From Patescibacteria group bacterium (GTDB taxonomy: Bacteria > Patescibacteriota > Microgenomatia > UBA12405), in the NCBI GenBank assembly GCA_018902845.1, contig JAHIPV010000013.1, forward strand, positions 82,766-146,765: DNA of 64,000 nucleotides, read 5' to 3'. This document shows positions 8,933-18,091 of this stretch, piece by piece; the first letter of the stretch is position 1, and every line of letters begins with the position of its first letter. The notes beneath the pieces are model-generated. The model ran no database searches. It saw nothing but the letters and a program-made list of their open reading frames with translations, and was not told the origin of the DNA. The position numbers and the translations under genes are program-made.

Positions 8933-9274
8933 ATGACTTTAAATGTAGAAGGCGAAAATCATCCAATATATGTAGCCCGTGAAGTAGGCAAGAGGCCAAG
9001 AATACAAGGGGTAGTAGATGTAAGGGAGAGAGATGTTGTAGAGGCAGAATATCGTGAATTCCTGGACGAAGAAGGGAAGAAGCTCGACGATCTCGGACAT
9101 GAACAAATAAAAGTACAAGTTTTTTTAGGTTCGGATAACCCCCGCGTTCGCCAAGCAGTCCAAGGCCGGTCGAAAAAATTAATCGAAGAAGCGGCAGTAC
9201 AACAAGAACGGTTAAACTTATTACGTTCTATTGGAAGAATGGCCCAGTTTAATTTTGACGAAGAGGGTTTGTAA
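8933..9274 (+). CDS. Hypothetical protein
   Basis: 113-aa ORF filling the intergenic gap; TTGACA upstream. Confidence 0.6.
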   Translation: MTLNVEGENHPIYVAREVGKRPRIQGVVDVRERDVVEAEYREFLDEEGKKLDDLGHEQIKVQVFLGSDNPRVRQAVQGRSKKLIEEAAVQQERLNLLRSIGRMAQFNFDEEGL

Positions 9275-9409
9275 TCAATCAGCCCACTCACCCAAACCTT
9301 ATAAATTTATATTTTCCTCTCCAATTTAACTTGTGTTCACCCAACTTATGCCAATTCAGAAAGAACCATTGTTCACATACCGGACTAAATTTTTAATTCT
9401 CTAAACCAA

Positions 9410-9436
9410 AAACTCCCCCACAAAGTAGGGGAGTTT
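9410..9436. terminator. Hairpin terminator between convergent genes
   Basis: AAACTCCCC...GGGGAGTTT stem. Confidence 0.6.
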
Positions 9437-9455
9437 AAAAATTTTTCAAAAATTT

Positions 9456-9728
9456 TTATCGTACCATTTTCTTTACTTTTGTACCGGGAATATATCTTGG
9501 CATTCTTCGGGCCGCAATCTTCTTTGATATCTTTGTACCAATTGCCTTAATTACTTTGGCCTTAAACATTTTTGTTTTGAAGGTTCCAAAGCCGGAAAGT
9601 TTAACCACTTCACCATTAGCAAGCGCTTTCATTATTTCATCCAAAAAGGTTTCAATTACCTGTTTGGTTGCTTTCTTGCTAAGTTTTGCTTTTTGAGCTA
9701 CTAGCTCTATCAGATCTTTTTTTGTCAT
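9456..9728 (-). CDS. hup: HU family DNA-binding protein
   Basis: MTKKDLIELVA...V.LSGFGTF motif. Confidence 0.93.
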   Translation of the reverse strand: MTKKDLIELVAQKAKLSKKATKQVIETFLDEIMKALANGEVVKLSGFGTFKTKMFKAKVIKAIGTKISKKIAARRMPRYIPGTKVKKMVR

Positions 9729-9794
9729 TTTTAAAAAATTCTTAAATTAATAATTCACCAATCATTCTAATTGATGAAAAACAAAATGCAAGGA

Positions 9795-11348
9795 TTAATT
9801 CACCGATTTAACCGCATTTTTATTGAGCTTACTTCCGGTCACCGTATTACTGGCTCTAGATTCTCGTATTACGGTTACCCTGATTTGTCCGGCCCACTTG
9901 GCCTCTTCATCGAGTTTTTCGGCAATATTTTGACTTAAAACGATTATTTCATCATCGCTTATTTTTTCGGGATCCACAATTACCACCACTTCTCTGCCGG
10001 CTTGATAAGCCGCTACGCTTTTTACTCCACTAAAAGATTTGGCTACCTCCTCAATGTTTTTCATTCTTTTTAAATATTCTTCGTGGGCCGCATACCTGGC
10101 TCCGGGCCTAGCTCCGGATATGGCATCACCAATATAAACAATGATTGACTCAGCCGAAGAAAATTCTTTTGCCTCGTGGTGTTCTGCTACGCAGTTTATA
10201 ATTTCTTCGGGAATACGATACCTTTTCAAAAAATCTATCCCCAATTCAATATGGGTACCTTCCTGATCGCTGACCACTTTGCCAATATCATGCAGTAAAG
10301 CTCCCAGTTTAACTGTTCTAAGATCAGCTCCTAATTCTCTGGCTATGGCACTGGCAATTTTTGTGGCTTCAATTGTGTGTAGCGCCAAATTCTGTCCATA
10401 AGAAAATCTAAATTTAAATTTACCTATCATCTTTATCAAGTCAATCGGTAAATTAAAAACTCCAACCTCTTGACATATTTTTCTTCCTTCGCTAAGCAAT
10501 ATCTTTTCCATGTCATTTTTTGTTTCAGCTACCACCCTTTCGATTTTTATCGGTTGTATTCTGCCATCCTTGATCAGTCTTTCCAGGGCCACTCTGGCTA
10601 TTTCTCTTCTGGTCGAATCAAAGGAAGAAATCCTGACATCGTTTCCTTCATCAAGGTCCAGTTCGACTCCAGTAGCTTTTTCAAAAGCCCTAATGTTTCG
10701 CCCCTCTCTGCCAATTATTTTACCTTTAACTTTTTCATCAGCTAAGCTTAAAGTAGATACGGTGTATTCAGGTACATAATCGGTCACTCCATGACGCAGA
10801 CTGTCAAGCAATATTTCTCTGCTTAATTCTTCCTCTTTTTCTCCGATACTTTCTTTTGCCTCTCCAATCTTTTTTGCAATCCAGGAAGACAATTTCTTTT
10901 CAGTACTGCTGATTATTAGTTTTTTTGCCTTATCTACATCAAAGTTTGCAATTTGTTCCAACTTCTCTAACTGTTTTCTGTAAAGATCATCAACAGATTC
11001 CCTTTTTTTGTCAACTTCGCTTGTCAAATTATCCAGTCTTTTCTCTTTTTCCAGTAAATATCTTTCCTTTTCACTCAAAGAATACAGTCTTTGAGAAATC
11101 TGGTTTTCTTTATTTTTAAGATCAAAAAGAGCTTTTTTGATCTTTTCTAATTCTCTCTTTTCCTTAATTAGACCAAGCTTTCTTTTTTTATTTACTTTAG
11201 CCCGACTTGCCTTAGCTGGCTTTAACTTTGATATAGAAACCCTGTTCTTTTCCTCAGTGCCAATCTCTTTAACAACCTTTTTACTACTTGTTACTGTTGT
11301 TGTATCACCAAAAACATTTCTGACTTTATTTAGCAAACCACCAAACAT
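9795..11348 (-). CDS. rny: Ribonuclease Y
   Basis: KGKIIGREGRNIR (KH domain), SYGQN..H and LLHDIGK (HD domain), QAGRE. Confidence 0.97.
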   Translation of the reverse strand: MFGGLLNKVRNVFGDTTTVTSSKKVVKEIGTEEKNRVSISKLKPAKASRAKVNKKRKLGLIKEKRELEKIKKALFDLKNKENQISQRLYSLSEKERYLLEKEKRLDNLTSEVDKKRESVDDLYRKQLEKLEQIANFDVDKAKKLIISSTEKKLSSWIAKKIGEAKESIGEKEEELSREILLDSLRHGVTDYVPEYTVSTLSLADEKVKGKIIGREGRNIRAFEKATGVELDLDEGNDVRISSFDSTRREIARVALERLIKDGRIQPIKIERVVAETKNDMEKILLSEGRKICQEVGVFNLPIDLIKMIGKFKFRFSYGQNLALHTIEATKIASAIARELGADLRTVKLGALLHDIGKVVSDQEGTHIELGIDFLKRYRIPEEIINCVAEHHEAKEFSSAESIIVYIGDAISGARPGARYAAHEEYLKRMKNIEEVAKSFSGVKSVAAYQAGREVVVIVDPEKISDDEIIVLSQNIAEKLDEEAKWAGQIRVTVIRESRASNTVTGSKLNKNAVKSVN

Positions 11349-11471
11349 ATATCCTCCTTTTACTCAATCGACAAAAACCTCCCGCTACAAAATCTCAACA
11401 AACTTTATTCAAAATATATGTATTTTTAAGCATTAATAATAAGAAGAGTCGATTAAAAGTAATATATTCTA

Positions 11472-12158
11472 CTATTTTTTTATGCTTTCGTCAATTACTC
11501 TTTTTACCTGATCAATGGCAAAACCCTTTCTATACAAAGCCGAAATTATTTTGTTTTTCTTTTTAAAATCCAACAAGTCTGATTTATCTTTGATTTTTTT
11601 AAAAATAATCTTCCTAATCTTTTCTTCTTCTAAGCCGGTATTCAATCTCACCCATTTATTTATTTTTTCTTTAATTACTTCTTTACCAACCCCTTCACGC
11701 CTGAGTTCATAGCTAATTTGCCTAAAAGATTTGTTTCCGCTTTTTTTTATATAAAATCGGACATATTCGATATCATCAATCAGTTTGTTTTTTCTAAAAT
11801 CCTCCAAAACCTCCTCAATTATTTTTTCAAAGTCTTCTTTTCCCAGTTTCCATTTGTCATCCTGATCCCAAATTTTATTCGGGAGAAGGATCTCTCTTTT
11901 TTTTAAATTCTGAATTAGTTTCTTTTTAAGGCCGGGAAATGATTTTGGGGACATGGCAACTTGCCTAAGACCGTAATCTTTTAGCAAATAGAGTAGGGAG
12001 GTGTAAACAATTTTTTTATAAAACTTCTCGTCAATCTCCTGATTTTTCTTGATTTTTAGATTAATTACATCGTCTACCCATAACACCAATTTTTTTTTGT
12101 TGGAAAACTCAACCACACACTTCCCATTCGCCTTAATTTTGACAGTAATTATTTTCAT
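11472..12158 (-). CDS. recX: RecX family regulator
   Basis: Lies between recA and rny; IDDIEY, I.YELRREGV, LYRKGF motifs. Confidence 0.8.
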   Translation of the reverse strand: MKIITVKIKANGKCVVEFSNKKKLVLWVDDVINLKIKKNQEIDEKFYKKIVYTSLLYLLKDYGLRQVAMSPKSFPGLKKKLIQNLKKREILLPNKIWDQDDKWKLGKEDFEKIIEEVLEDFRKNKLIDDIEYVRFYIKKSGNKSFRQISYELRREGVGKEVIKEKINKWVRLNTGLEEEKIRKIIFKKIKDKSDLLDFKKKNKIISALYRKGFAIDQVKRVIDESIKK

Positions 12159-12196
12159 TTTTATCCAGTTATCTAGTAATCTAGTAATCCAGTTGT

Positions 12197-13300
12197 CTAC
12201 TTTTTCTCTTCTTTTTCACCATCCTTTGACATTTTCCATATTTTTTCCTTAACTTCTTCGGTCAATTTTGGATGTTCTCCTAGATATCTTTTTGATACTT
12301 CTCTTCCTTGTCCAATAGTTTCGCCGTTTAGTTTATAAAAAGCACCGGCCCTATTGATAACACCATACTCCACCGCCAGGTCCAAAATTCCGCCAAAAAT
12401 AGATATACCCTCAGTATTCATCATTTCAATTTCACATGTTTTAAATGGTGGCGCCACTTTATTTTTTATAATTCTGACTCTATGTTGCGAACCGATTGAT
12501 TCACCGCTTGAAGTTTTGATATTGGCAATTTTTCTCATGTCAATTCGTATTGAAGCATAAAACTTTAAGGCCAACCCCCCTGGGGTTGTTTCCGGATTAC
12601 CAAACATAACTCCAATTTTTTGCCTGATCTGATTGGTAAAAATTACCACTGATTTTGATTTAGAAATTGCTCCAGCCAATTTTCTTAATGCTTGAGACAT
12701 TAGTCTGGCCTGCACACCCATCATCGATTGCCCCATTTCTCCTTCTATCTCGGCCTTTGGCACCAAAGCCGCCACCGAATCAATCACAATCACATCAACT
12801 GCATTTGATCTGACCAATGTTTCAACAATCTCCAATGCCTGTTCTCCGTTATCCGGTTGGGATATTAACATCTCATCTACATTTACTCCCACCACCTCAG
12901 CCCTAGCTGGATCCAAGGAATGTTCCGCGTCTACAAAGGCAGCCGATCCTCCCAATTTTTGGGCTTCGGCAATTACATGTAAACAAAAAGTTGTTTTTCC
13001 CGAAGCCTCGGGTCCAAATACTTCACATATCCTGCCTCTTGGCATTCCGCCCACACCAAGAGCAATGTCTATAGGCAAAGATCCAGTTGGAATTACGTCA
13101 ATTTTCATATCTTCTCTTCTGTCTCCCATTTTCATAATGGCTCCCTCGCCATATTCTTTTTTGATCTGTTCCATGGCAATTTTTACTGCCTCTAATTTTT
13201 TTTGTTTTAAGCTTTCTTCTTTTGGCTTTCTGCCTCTTTTTGCTTTAACCTTTTTTACTTTTTTTACATTTGCCTTTGCTTGTACTTTTGCATCTGTCAT
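12197..13300 (-). CDS. recA: Recombinase RecA
   Basis: [33 protein letters not shown]. Confidence 0.99.
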   Translation of the reverse strand: MTDAKVQAKANVKKVKKVKAKRGRKPKEESLKQKKLEAVKIAMEQIKKEYGEGAIMKMGDRREDMKIDVIPTGSLPIDIALGVGGMPRGRICEVFGPEASGKTTFCLHVIAEAQKLGGSAAFVDAEHSLDPARAEVVGVNVDEMLISQPDNGEQALEIVETLVRSNAVDVIVIDSVAALVPKAEIEGEMGQSMMGVQARLMSQALRKLAGAISKSKSVVIFTNQIRQKIGVMFGNPETTPGGLALKFYASIRIDMRKIANIKTSSGESIGSQHRVRIIKNKVAPPFKTCEIEMMNTEGISIFGGILDLAVEYGVINRAGAFYKLNGETIGQGREVSKRYLGEHPKLTEEVKEKIWKMSKDGEKEEKK

Positions 13301-13357
13301 ATTTAATCCACTCCTTTTTATTTAATTATTAAATTATTTATTATTTTTTTCCCCCTC

Positions 13358-13770
13358 GTCATCCTGAGTGTAGCGAAGGATCTCCTTTTATTTAATTGTT
13401 TTTGAATTTAATTGAATTGATTTAACTTTTAATTCAAAAAAACTCTTTTCTAAAAACATTTAACATTGTCAAAATTATCATGTCAATACCCAAAACCAAA
13501 TAAAACCCGAAACTGTCTTACCATCCATAATACTTATTTTTGCCTGCCTCACAGTTACACTCAAACACACTTGTCACCCCGCCGTGGCGGGGCCCCGCCA
13601 GAATCAAGCCTCAATCCATTGTCATCCTGAACCACAACCGTCATCCCAAGTCCTCCCTCCGTCATCCTGAGTAAGTCTTACGACCGAAGGATCCCCTCGG
13701 AAAATACCTGTCATTGCGAGGAGTTCGACGACGTGACAACGTGTCCGCCTGTGGAGGATCCCGTCGGAAT
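13358..13770 (+). repeat. Intergenic cluster of GTCA(T/C)-led palindromic repeats
   Basis: Copies at 13358, 13573, 13621, 13640, 13661 and 13710, plus GTCCGCCTGTGGAGGA at ~13743. Confidence 0.8.
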
Positions 13771-13869
13771 CAAACCAGTTTTGACAGTCAAAAGTAGTAT
13801 TGCAAGTTGTGAAATTTGAAAATTGTGTTTCATTTATGTAGGTCCCAAAAAATGGGAAAGGAGATCAGA

Positions 13870-14499
13870 ATGAACGTCCGAAAGTTTCGAGAAGTAGTTT
13901 TCACGATCGTAGTAGCAGCGGTTGTCTTGGGAATCCTCGTAGTGGCAGTTTACGGGATTATGAGGGGTATTGACTATGTCTTTACCCCTGCTCCGGTCCC
14001 CAGCCAGACCCCCGCCCCGTCGGCCGTTCCGCCCAGCCCGACTCCCACCCTGAGGCAAGAGGCCCCCACCCTTGAGCCAGAGCCGACCGACGCCCCGACT
14101 CTTCCGGTCGCCAGCCCGACCCCCGTCTCCGCCGTCGAGCTCGTAGTCCGCGACGCCTGGACCACGGGGAAAGACCAAGAGCAGAGTGGAGTTGTCTATC
14201 GCCCGGTCCAAGTCACGCTGGTCGGCGCGATTGCGATCGAAAGTGTCGCTGGGGACTATGTAGTGGACAACTACGTAGTTTCGGTAGCCGAAGATGCGTC
14301 TTCGACTACCATTAACCTTCTGTTCGTCATTGACAACGCCAACGCCATCGCCACTAAAGTCGTCGTTAACGGGATCATATTGACCAATCCTTCTTCTGGG
14401 GGCAAGGAGTTTTTCTTCGAGCGTTTCGCCGGTCCCACCGACGGCGGCGGCGGCGACGTAGAGCCCACTCCGACCCTGGCCGACCCACCCCGTCCGTAA
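13870..14499 (+). CDS. GC-rich membrane-anchored Pro/Thr-rich hypothetical protein
   Basis: AAGGAG SD before ATG 13870; N-terminal TM helix, PT-rich linker; GC content visibly far above the flanks. Confidence 0.75.
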   Translation: MNVRKFREVVFTIVVAAVVLGILVVAVYGIMRGIDYVFTPAPVPSQTPAPSAVPPSPTPTLRQEAPTLEPEPTDAPTLPVASPTPVSAVELVVRDAWTTGKDQEQSGVVYRPVQVTLVGAIAIESVAGDYVVDNYVVSVAEDASSTTINLLFVIDNANAIATKVVVNGIILTNPSSGGKEFFFERFAGPTDGGGGDVEPTPTLADPPRP

Positions 14500-14528
14500 C
14501 TAGATAGTTCGTTCACAGTGCAACCCCC

Positions 14529-14615
14529 GCACCCGCTTCACCACGTGGGGCAAGAGCCGAGTCTCTTGCCCCACGGCCTTCGGGCTTAAATTGGATGAAG
14601 ACGGGTGCTTTTTTT
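14529..14615 (+). terminator. Branched stem-loop followed by a T-tract
   Basis: Outer stem GCACCCG/CGGGTGC, inner 13-bp hairpin, cTTCGg hairpin, then T7. Confidence 0.6.
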
Positions 14616-14630
14616 ATGTATAATTTACTT

Positions 14631-14921
14631 GTGTTATCAAAAAAAATTCTCAAACAAGTCAAAGACATAATTTTCCCACTTGTTGACAACCAAACAAAAG
14701 TTTTTATCTTTGGCTCCAGAGCCAACAATAAGGCCAGAAAATTTAGCGATATTGACATTGGTCTAGAAGCAGACAATCAAATTAATTTTGAAACCATCGG
14801 TCAAATCAAACAGGCCTTTGAAGAATCCGACCTGCCTTACAATGTAGATATAGTTGAATTTTCCAAACTACCAAAAAAATTTAAAAAAGTAGCTCAAAAA
14901 AACATTATTTATTTAAATTAA
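14631..14921 (+). CDS. Minimal nucleotidyltransferase (MNT) antitoxin
   Basis: FIFGSRA.....FSDIDIG; start placed at GTG after TATAAT. Confidence 0.9.
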   Translation: MLSKKILKQVKDIIFPLVDNQTKVFIFGSRANNKARKFSDIDIGLEADNQINFETIGQIKQAFEESDLPYNVDIVEFSKLPKKFKKVAQKNIIYLN

Positions 14922-14929
14922 AAACAAAA

Positions 14930-15313
14930 GTGACAAAAAAACAATCATTACTGACTGATTTAAAAAAAACCACCGCCAGTCTAGAAAAAGTTTTGAAATT
15001 ACCGGAAAGCGAAATCAATCGCGATGCCAGTATCCAAAGGTTCGAATTTACCTTTGAATTAAGTTGGAAACTAATGCAGGAATTAGTGGCAGATGTCAAA
15101 AAAGGCGCTTACGGACCAAGAACTGTCATCAGAGAAGCGGCCAATATAGAGCTAATAAGTAATCCCAAAAAATGGCTCTATTTTTTGGACAAAAGAAATT
15201 TAACGGTACACACTTACAACGAAGCCATGGCAAAAGAAATGTATCAGGTGGCCAAAGAATTTATCTCTCATGTAAAAAATCTAACAAAACAAGTCAAAGA
15301 ATATCTATCTTAA
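14930..15313 (+). CDS. HEPN toxin (HI0074-like nucleotidyltransferase substrate-binding family)
   Basis: RDASIQRFEFTFELSWK and RNLTVHTY (RX4H) motifs. Confidence 0.92.
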   Translation: MTKKQSLLTDLKKTTASLEKVLKLPESEINRDASIQRFEFTFELSWKLMQELVADVKKGAYGPRTVIREAANIELISNPKKWLYFLDKRNLTVHTYNEAMAKEMYQVAKEFISHVKNLTKQVKEYLS

Positions 15314-15586
15314 TCTCTTCTCAATTTTTATAGCCCATCCTTCAATCAATGCCTTTGTAATTTTTTCAAAAGCCAATGTGATGTCTCTTTGATATTGGCT
15401 CTGGGAAATACCCATTTTTTTAGCTGATTCATGTTGATCTAATTTTTCAACATATCTTAACCTCAATGCTTCTAATTCGTCCTCAGTTATACTCACTTCT
15501 TTTAATTGAGATAACGGTATCCCTCTGGGCTTAAAATAAATTTCCCGAAAATTAAATCTAATTTTTCTTTTACACCTTCTTCGCAT
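15305..15586 (-). CDS. DUF134 (UPF0251) DNA-binding protein
   Basis: YFKPRGIP...DELEALRL.....LDQ.ESAKKMGISQ. Confidence 0.9.
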   Translation of the reverse strand: MRRRCKRKIRFNFREIYFKPRGIPLSQLKEVSITEDELEALRLRYVEKLDQHESAKKMGISQSQYQRDITLAFEKITKALIEGWAIKIEKRLR

Positions 15587-15735
15587 ATGTATTTTTCTAT
15601 TTTTTAAATTATATAACAGTTTTTCTCGTCACCCCGTCATCTCATCATCATGCTGAACTTGTTTCAGCATCCTCTCGGAAAACACCTATCACCCCGCCAT
15701 AACGGGGTGACAAGTAATCTTGTCTCCCCATACTT

Positions 15736-15933
15736 TTATCTGCAAAACACACCTTTCATTGCTGTTTTACACTTGGGGCATTTGGTCTGCGTACAAGGTT
15801 TACCTCGTACATGTGCTTCTGTATGACCGCATTTTGGACATACACAATCGCCACTGCTTACTTGTCTCCTACCTAAAACTCTACCAGTTAAAGGGCCTTT
15901 TCCACTTGGACCTGTTCCACCTAGATTTGGCAT
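15736..15933 (-). CDS. Small DUF5320-like protein with Cys zinc-ribbon
   Basis: MP..GGTGP.G.GP.TGR and CVCPKCG...PC....CPKC...M. Confidence 0.8.
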   Translation of the reverse strand: MPNLGGTGPSGKGPLTGRVLGRRQVSSGDCVCPKCGHTEAHVRGKPCTQTKCPKCKTAMKGVFCR

Positions 15934-15964
15934 AATTTTTCCTCGATTTAAACAATTAATCTTA

Positions 15965-15978
15965 TGGGTATATACCCA
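15965..15978. promoter_or_regulatory. Perfect 14-bp palindrome, candidate operator
   Basis: TGGGTATATACCCA upstream of the DUF5320-like and DUF134 genes. Confidence 0.5.
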
Positions 15979-16350
15979 CTAACACAAATGTACCATCCAA
16001 AACTGAACGGGTCAATACCCAAAATAATTTATCTTTTTTATTCTTCTCTCAGCGTTTATTTTATTATTTTAGCCCAATACTTCCTGTTCCCTAGCTATCT
16101 TTTCGTTTAAAAAGGGAATTCTTCATCAGACTCAGGAAGAAATATGGCTCTAAGTGCCCTAACTCCTCCATCTTTACATCTGCAAGCCATCTGAACAATA
16201 AGTGCACCATCTTCACCTATCAAGTATCCTTCAGGACAATGATCGGGACCCTTGAATGTCTGAAAATCAGGATGTCCTTCTATAGATCCATAATTAAAGC
16301 TAAGTTTCCCATTGACTTAATTTTAACTACTTGATAAATTAAATACACAG

Positions 16351-16371
16351 ACCCCTACCTATGGTCGGGGT
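16351..16371. promoter_or_regulatory. Candidate CsoR operator
   Basis: ACCCCTACC-TAT-GGTCGGGGT C/G-tract pseudo-palindrome just upstream of csoR. Confidence 0.65.
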
Positions 16372-16398
16372 ATAAATAACTTATTAATTAACAAAAAC

Positions 16399-16665
16399 AT
16401 GACAAAATCTAAAACCATCGTCAATTTTAAAAAAGCCCAAAGTTTACTGGCCAAAATAATGAAAATGGTCGAAGATAACGAATATTGCATTGACATAATG
16501 CAGCAAAATTTAGCAGTAGTCGGGCTTTTAAAATCGGCTCACCAAATGCTAATGGAAGGCCATCTTAATACTTGTTTTAAAAAAGCAATGCAAACCAAAA
16601 ATGAAAAAAGAAAGCAGGAAATGACTCAGGAGATTTTAAAAGTCACCAAACTATTTAATAAATAA
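16399..16665 (+). CDS. csoR: CsoR/RcnR-family metal-sensing repressor
   Basis: YCIDIMQQ and HLNTC Cu ligands; heads the copper operon. Confidence 0.88.
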   Translation: MTKSKTIVNFKKAQSLLAKIMKMVEDNEYCIDIMQQNLAVVGLLKSAHQMLMEGHLNTCFKKAMQTKNEKRKQEMTQEILKVTKLFNK

Positions 16666-16675
16666 TTTAAATAAT

Positions 16676-18073
16676 ATGACCAAAAATACAAAAGAATATA
16701 TTTATTATGTCAGAGGAATGCATTGCGCTTCTTGCCAGATTTTAATCGAAAAGAAATTATTAAAATTAAGGAACATAAAATCAGTTGAGGTCTCAACTGC
16801 CAAAGGCAAGGCGCTAATCGAATACGACGGCCAAAAACCAACCCTCCAAAGATTGAACCGAATTTTCAAAAAAGAAACTTATACTTTTTTCGACAGACCA
16901 CAAAAAATAATAAATAATTTTAAGTCGAAAGAATTTCTTATTACTCTTGGCATCGGACTATTAATTATTATCGGTTTTATCGGATTAAACAAACTGGGAT
17001 TATCGAGCTTAATAAATGTTAATTCAAAATCGTCTTTACCGGTATTTTTTATATTTGGAATTATGGCCGGCATTTCTAGTTGCGCCGCCTTAATTGGTGG
17101 AATAATTCTTTCTATGTCAAAACAATGGGGCGAATTATATTCAGATACCGATTCTATCTGGAAGAAAATTCAGCCACACTTAATTTTTAATGCTGGCAGA
17201 CTTACTTCTTACGGTCTGTTGGGAGCAGTATTGGGAATAGTCGGTAGCAAACTAGATTTTTCCTTAAATTTTGGACCGGTTTTGGCCATCGCTGTTTCTG
17301 TCATGATGATTTTTTTGGCTTTTCAAATGTTTGGTTTCAAAGTCTTTAGGAAATTTCAATTTACAATGCCAAGGTTTATCACCGGATTTATCGCCGACGA
17401 ATCTAATTTTAAAGGTCGCTATATGCCATTTTTAATGGGCGCCTTTACTTTTTTTCTACCCTGCGGTTTTACCATAACGGCCCAAGGACTCGCTTTAATA
17501 TCCGGCAGTGCAACTCAAGGGGCTTTGATCATGGTTTTATTTGCGCTAGGGACCCTACCGATGCTTTTAACTATTGGTTTGTCTAGTGTTAAATTTTCTC
17601 AAAAGCCACACCTATCCACCAAATTCCTGAAAGTTGCCGGAATTTTGGTTTTATTTTTCGCTCTCTACAATATAAATTTCCAACTAAATGTCCTAGGGGT
17701 TTCCAGTCTTAGCGATTTGGGCATTAATTCTAGTCAATCTTCCGGCACTGCAAAAAATAATTTGCTTCAAAACGAAGAAGGCTTACCTCCAATTGTTAAT
17801 GGTAAACAAATTATAAAAATGGACGCTTCTTCTCGTGGCTATTTACCAAGCTATTTTAAAGTAAAAGCCGGAATACCGGTAAGGTGGGAAATTACCGACA
17901 AAGGAACCAGTGGTTGTACCAATGCCATTATTTCAAAAAGCTTGTTTGAGGGAGAAATCCCCCTGACTCCGGGTCAAACTAGTATTAAGGAATTTACTCC
18001 CAAAAAGCCGGGTAAGTATAAATTTAGTTGTTGGATGGGAATGGTTTCGGGGATTATAGAAGTTAAAATATAA
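16676..18073 (+). CDS. HMA + DsbD_2 (TauE/SafE-like) + cupredoxin multidomain membrane protein
   Basis: GMHCASC; SSCAALIGG; FFLPCGFT; FSCWMGM. Confidence 0.88.
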   Translation: MTKNTKEYIYYVRGMHCASCQILIEKKLLKLRNIKSVEVSTAKGKALIEYDGQKPTLQRLNRIFKKETYTFFDRPQKIINNFKSKEFLITLGIGLLIIIGFIGLNKLGLSSLINVNSKSSLPVFFIFGIMAGISSCAALIGGIILSMSKQWGELYSDTDSIWKKIQPHLIFNAGRLTSYGLLGAVLGIVGSKLDFSLNFGPVLAIAVSVMMIFLAFQMFGFKVFRKFQFTMPRFITGFIADESNFKGRYMPFLMGAFTFFLPCGFTITAQGLALISGSATQGALIMVLFALGTLPMLLTIGLSSVKFSQKPHLSTKFLKVAGILVLFFALYNINFQLNVLGVSSLSDLGINSSQSSGTAKNNLLQNEEGLPPIVNGKQIIKMDASSRGYLPSYFKVKAGIPVRWEITDKGTSGCTNAIISKSLFEGEIPLTPGQTSIKEFTPKKPGKYKFSCWMGMVSGIIEVKI

Positions 18074-18091
18074 AATTTTAATTTTATAAAT

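Noticed and set aside
16105-16312. Open frame on the - strand between the DUF5320-like gene and csoR
   Set aside because: No in-frame start codon or recognisable motif; at most a gene remnant
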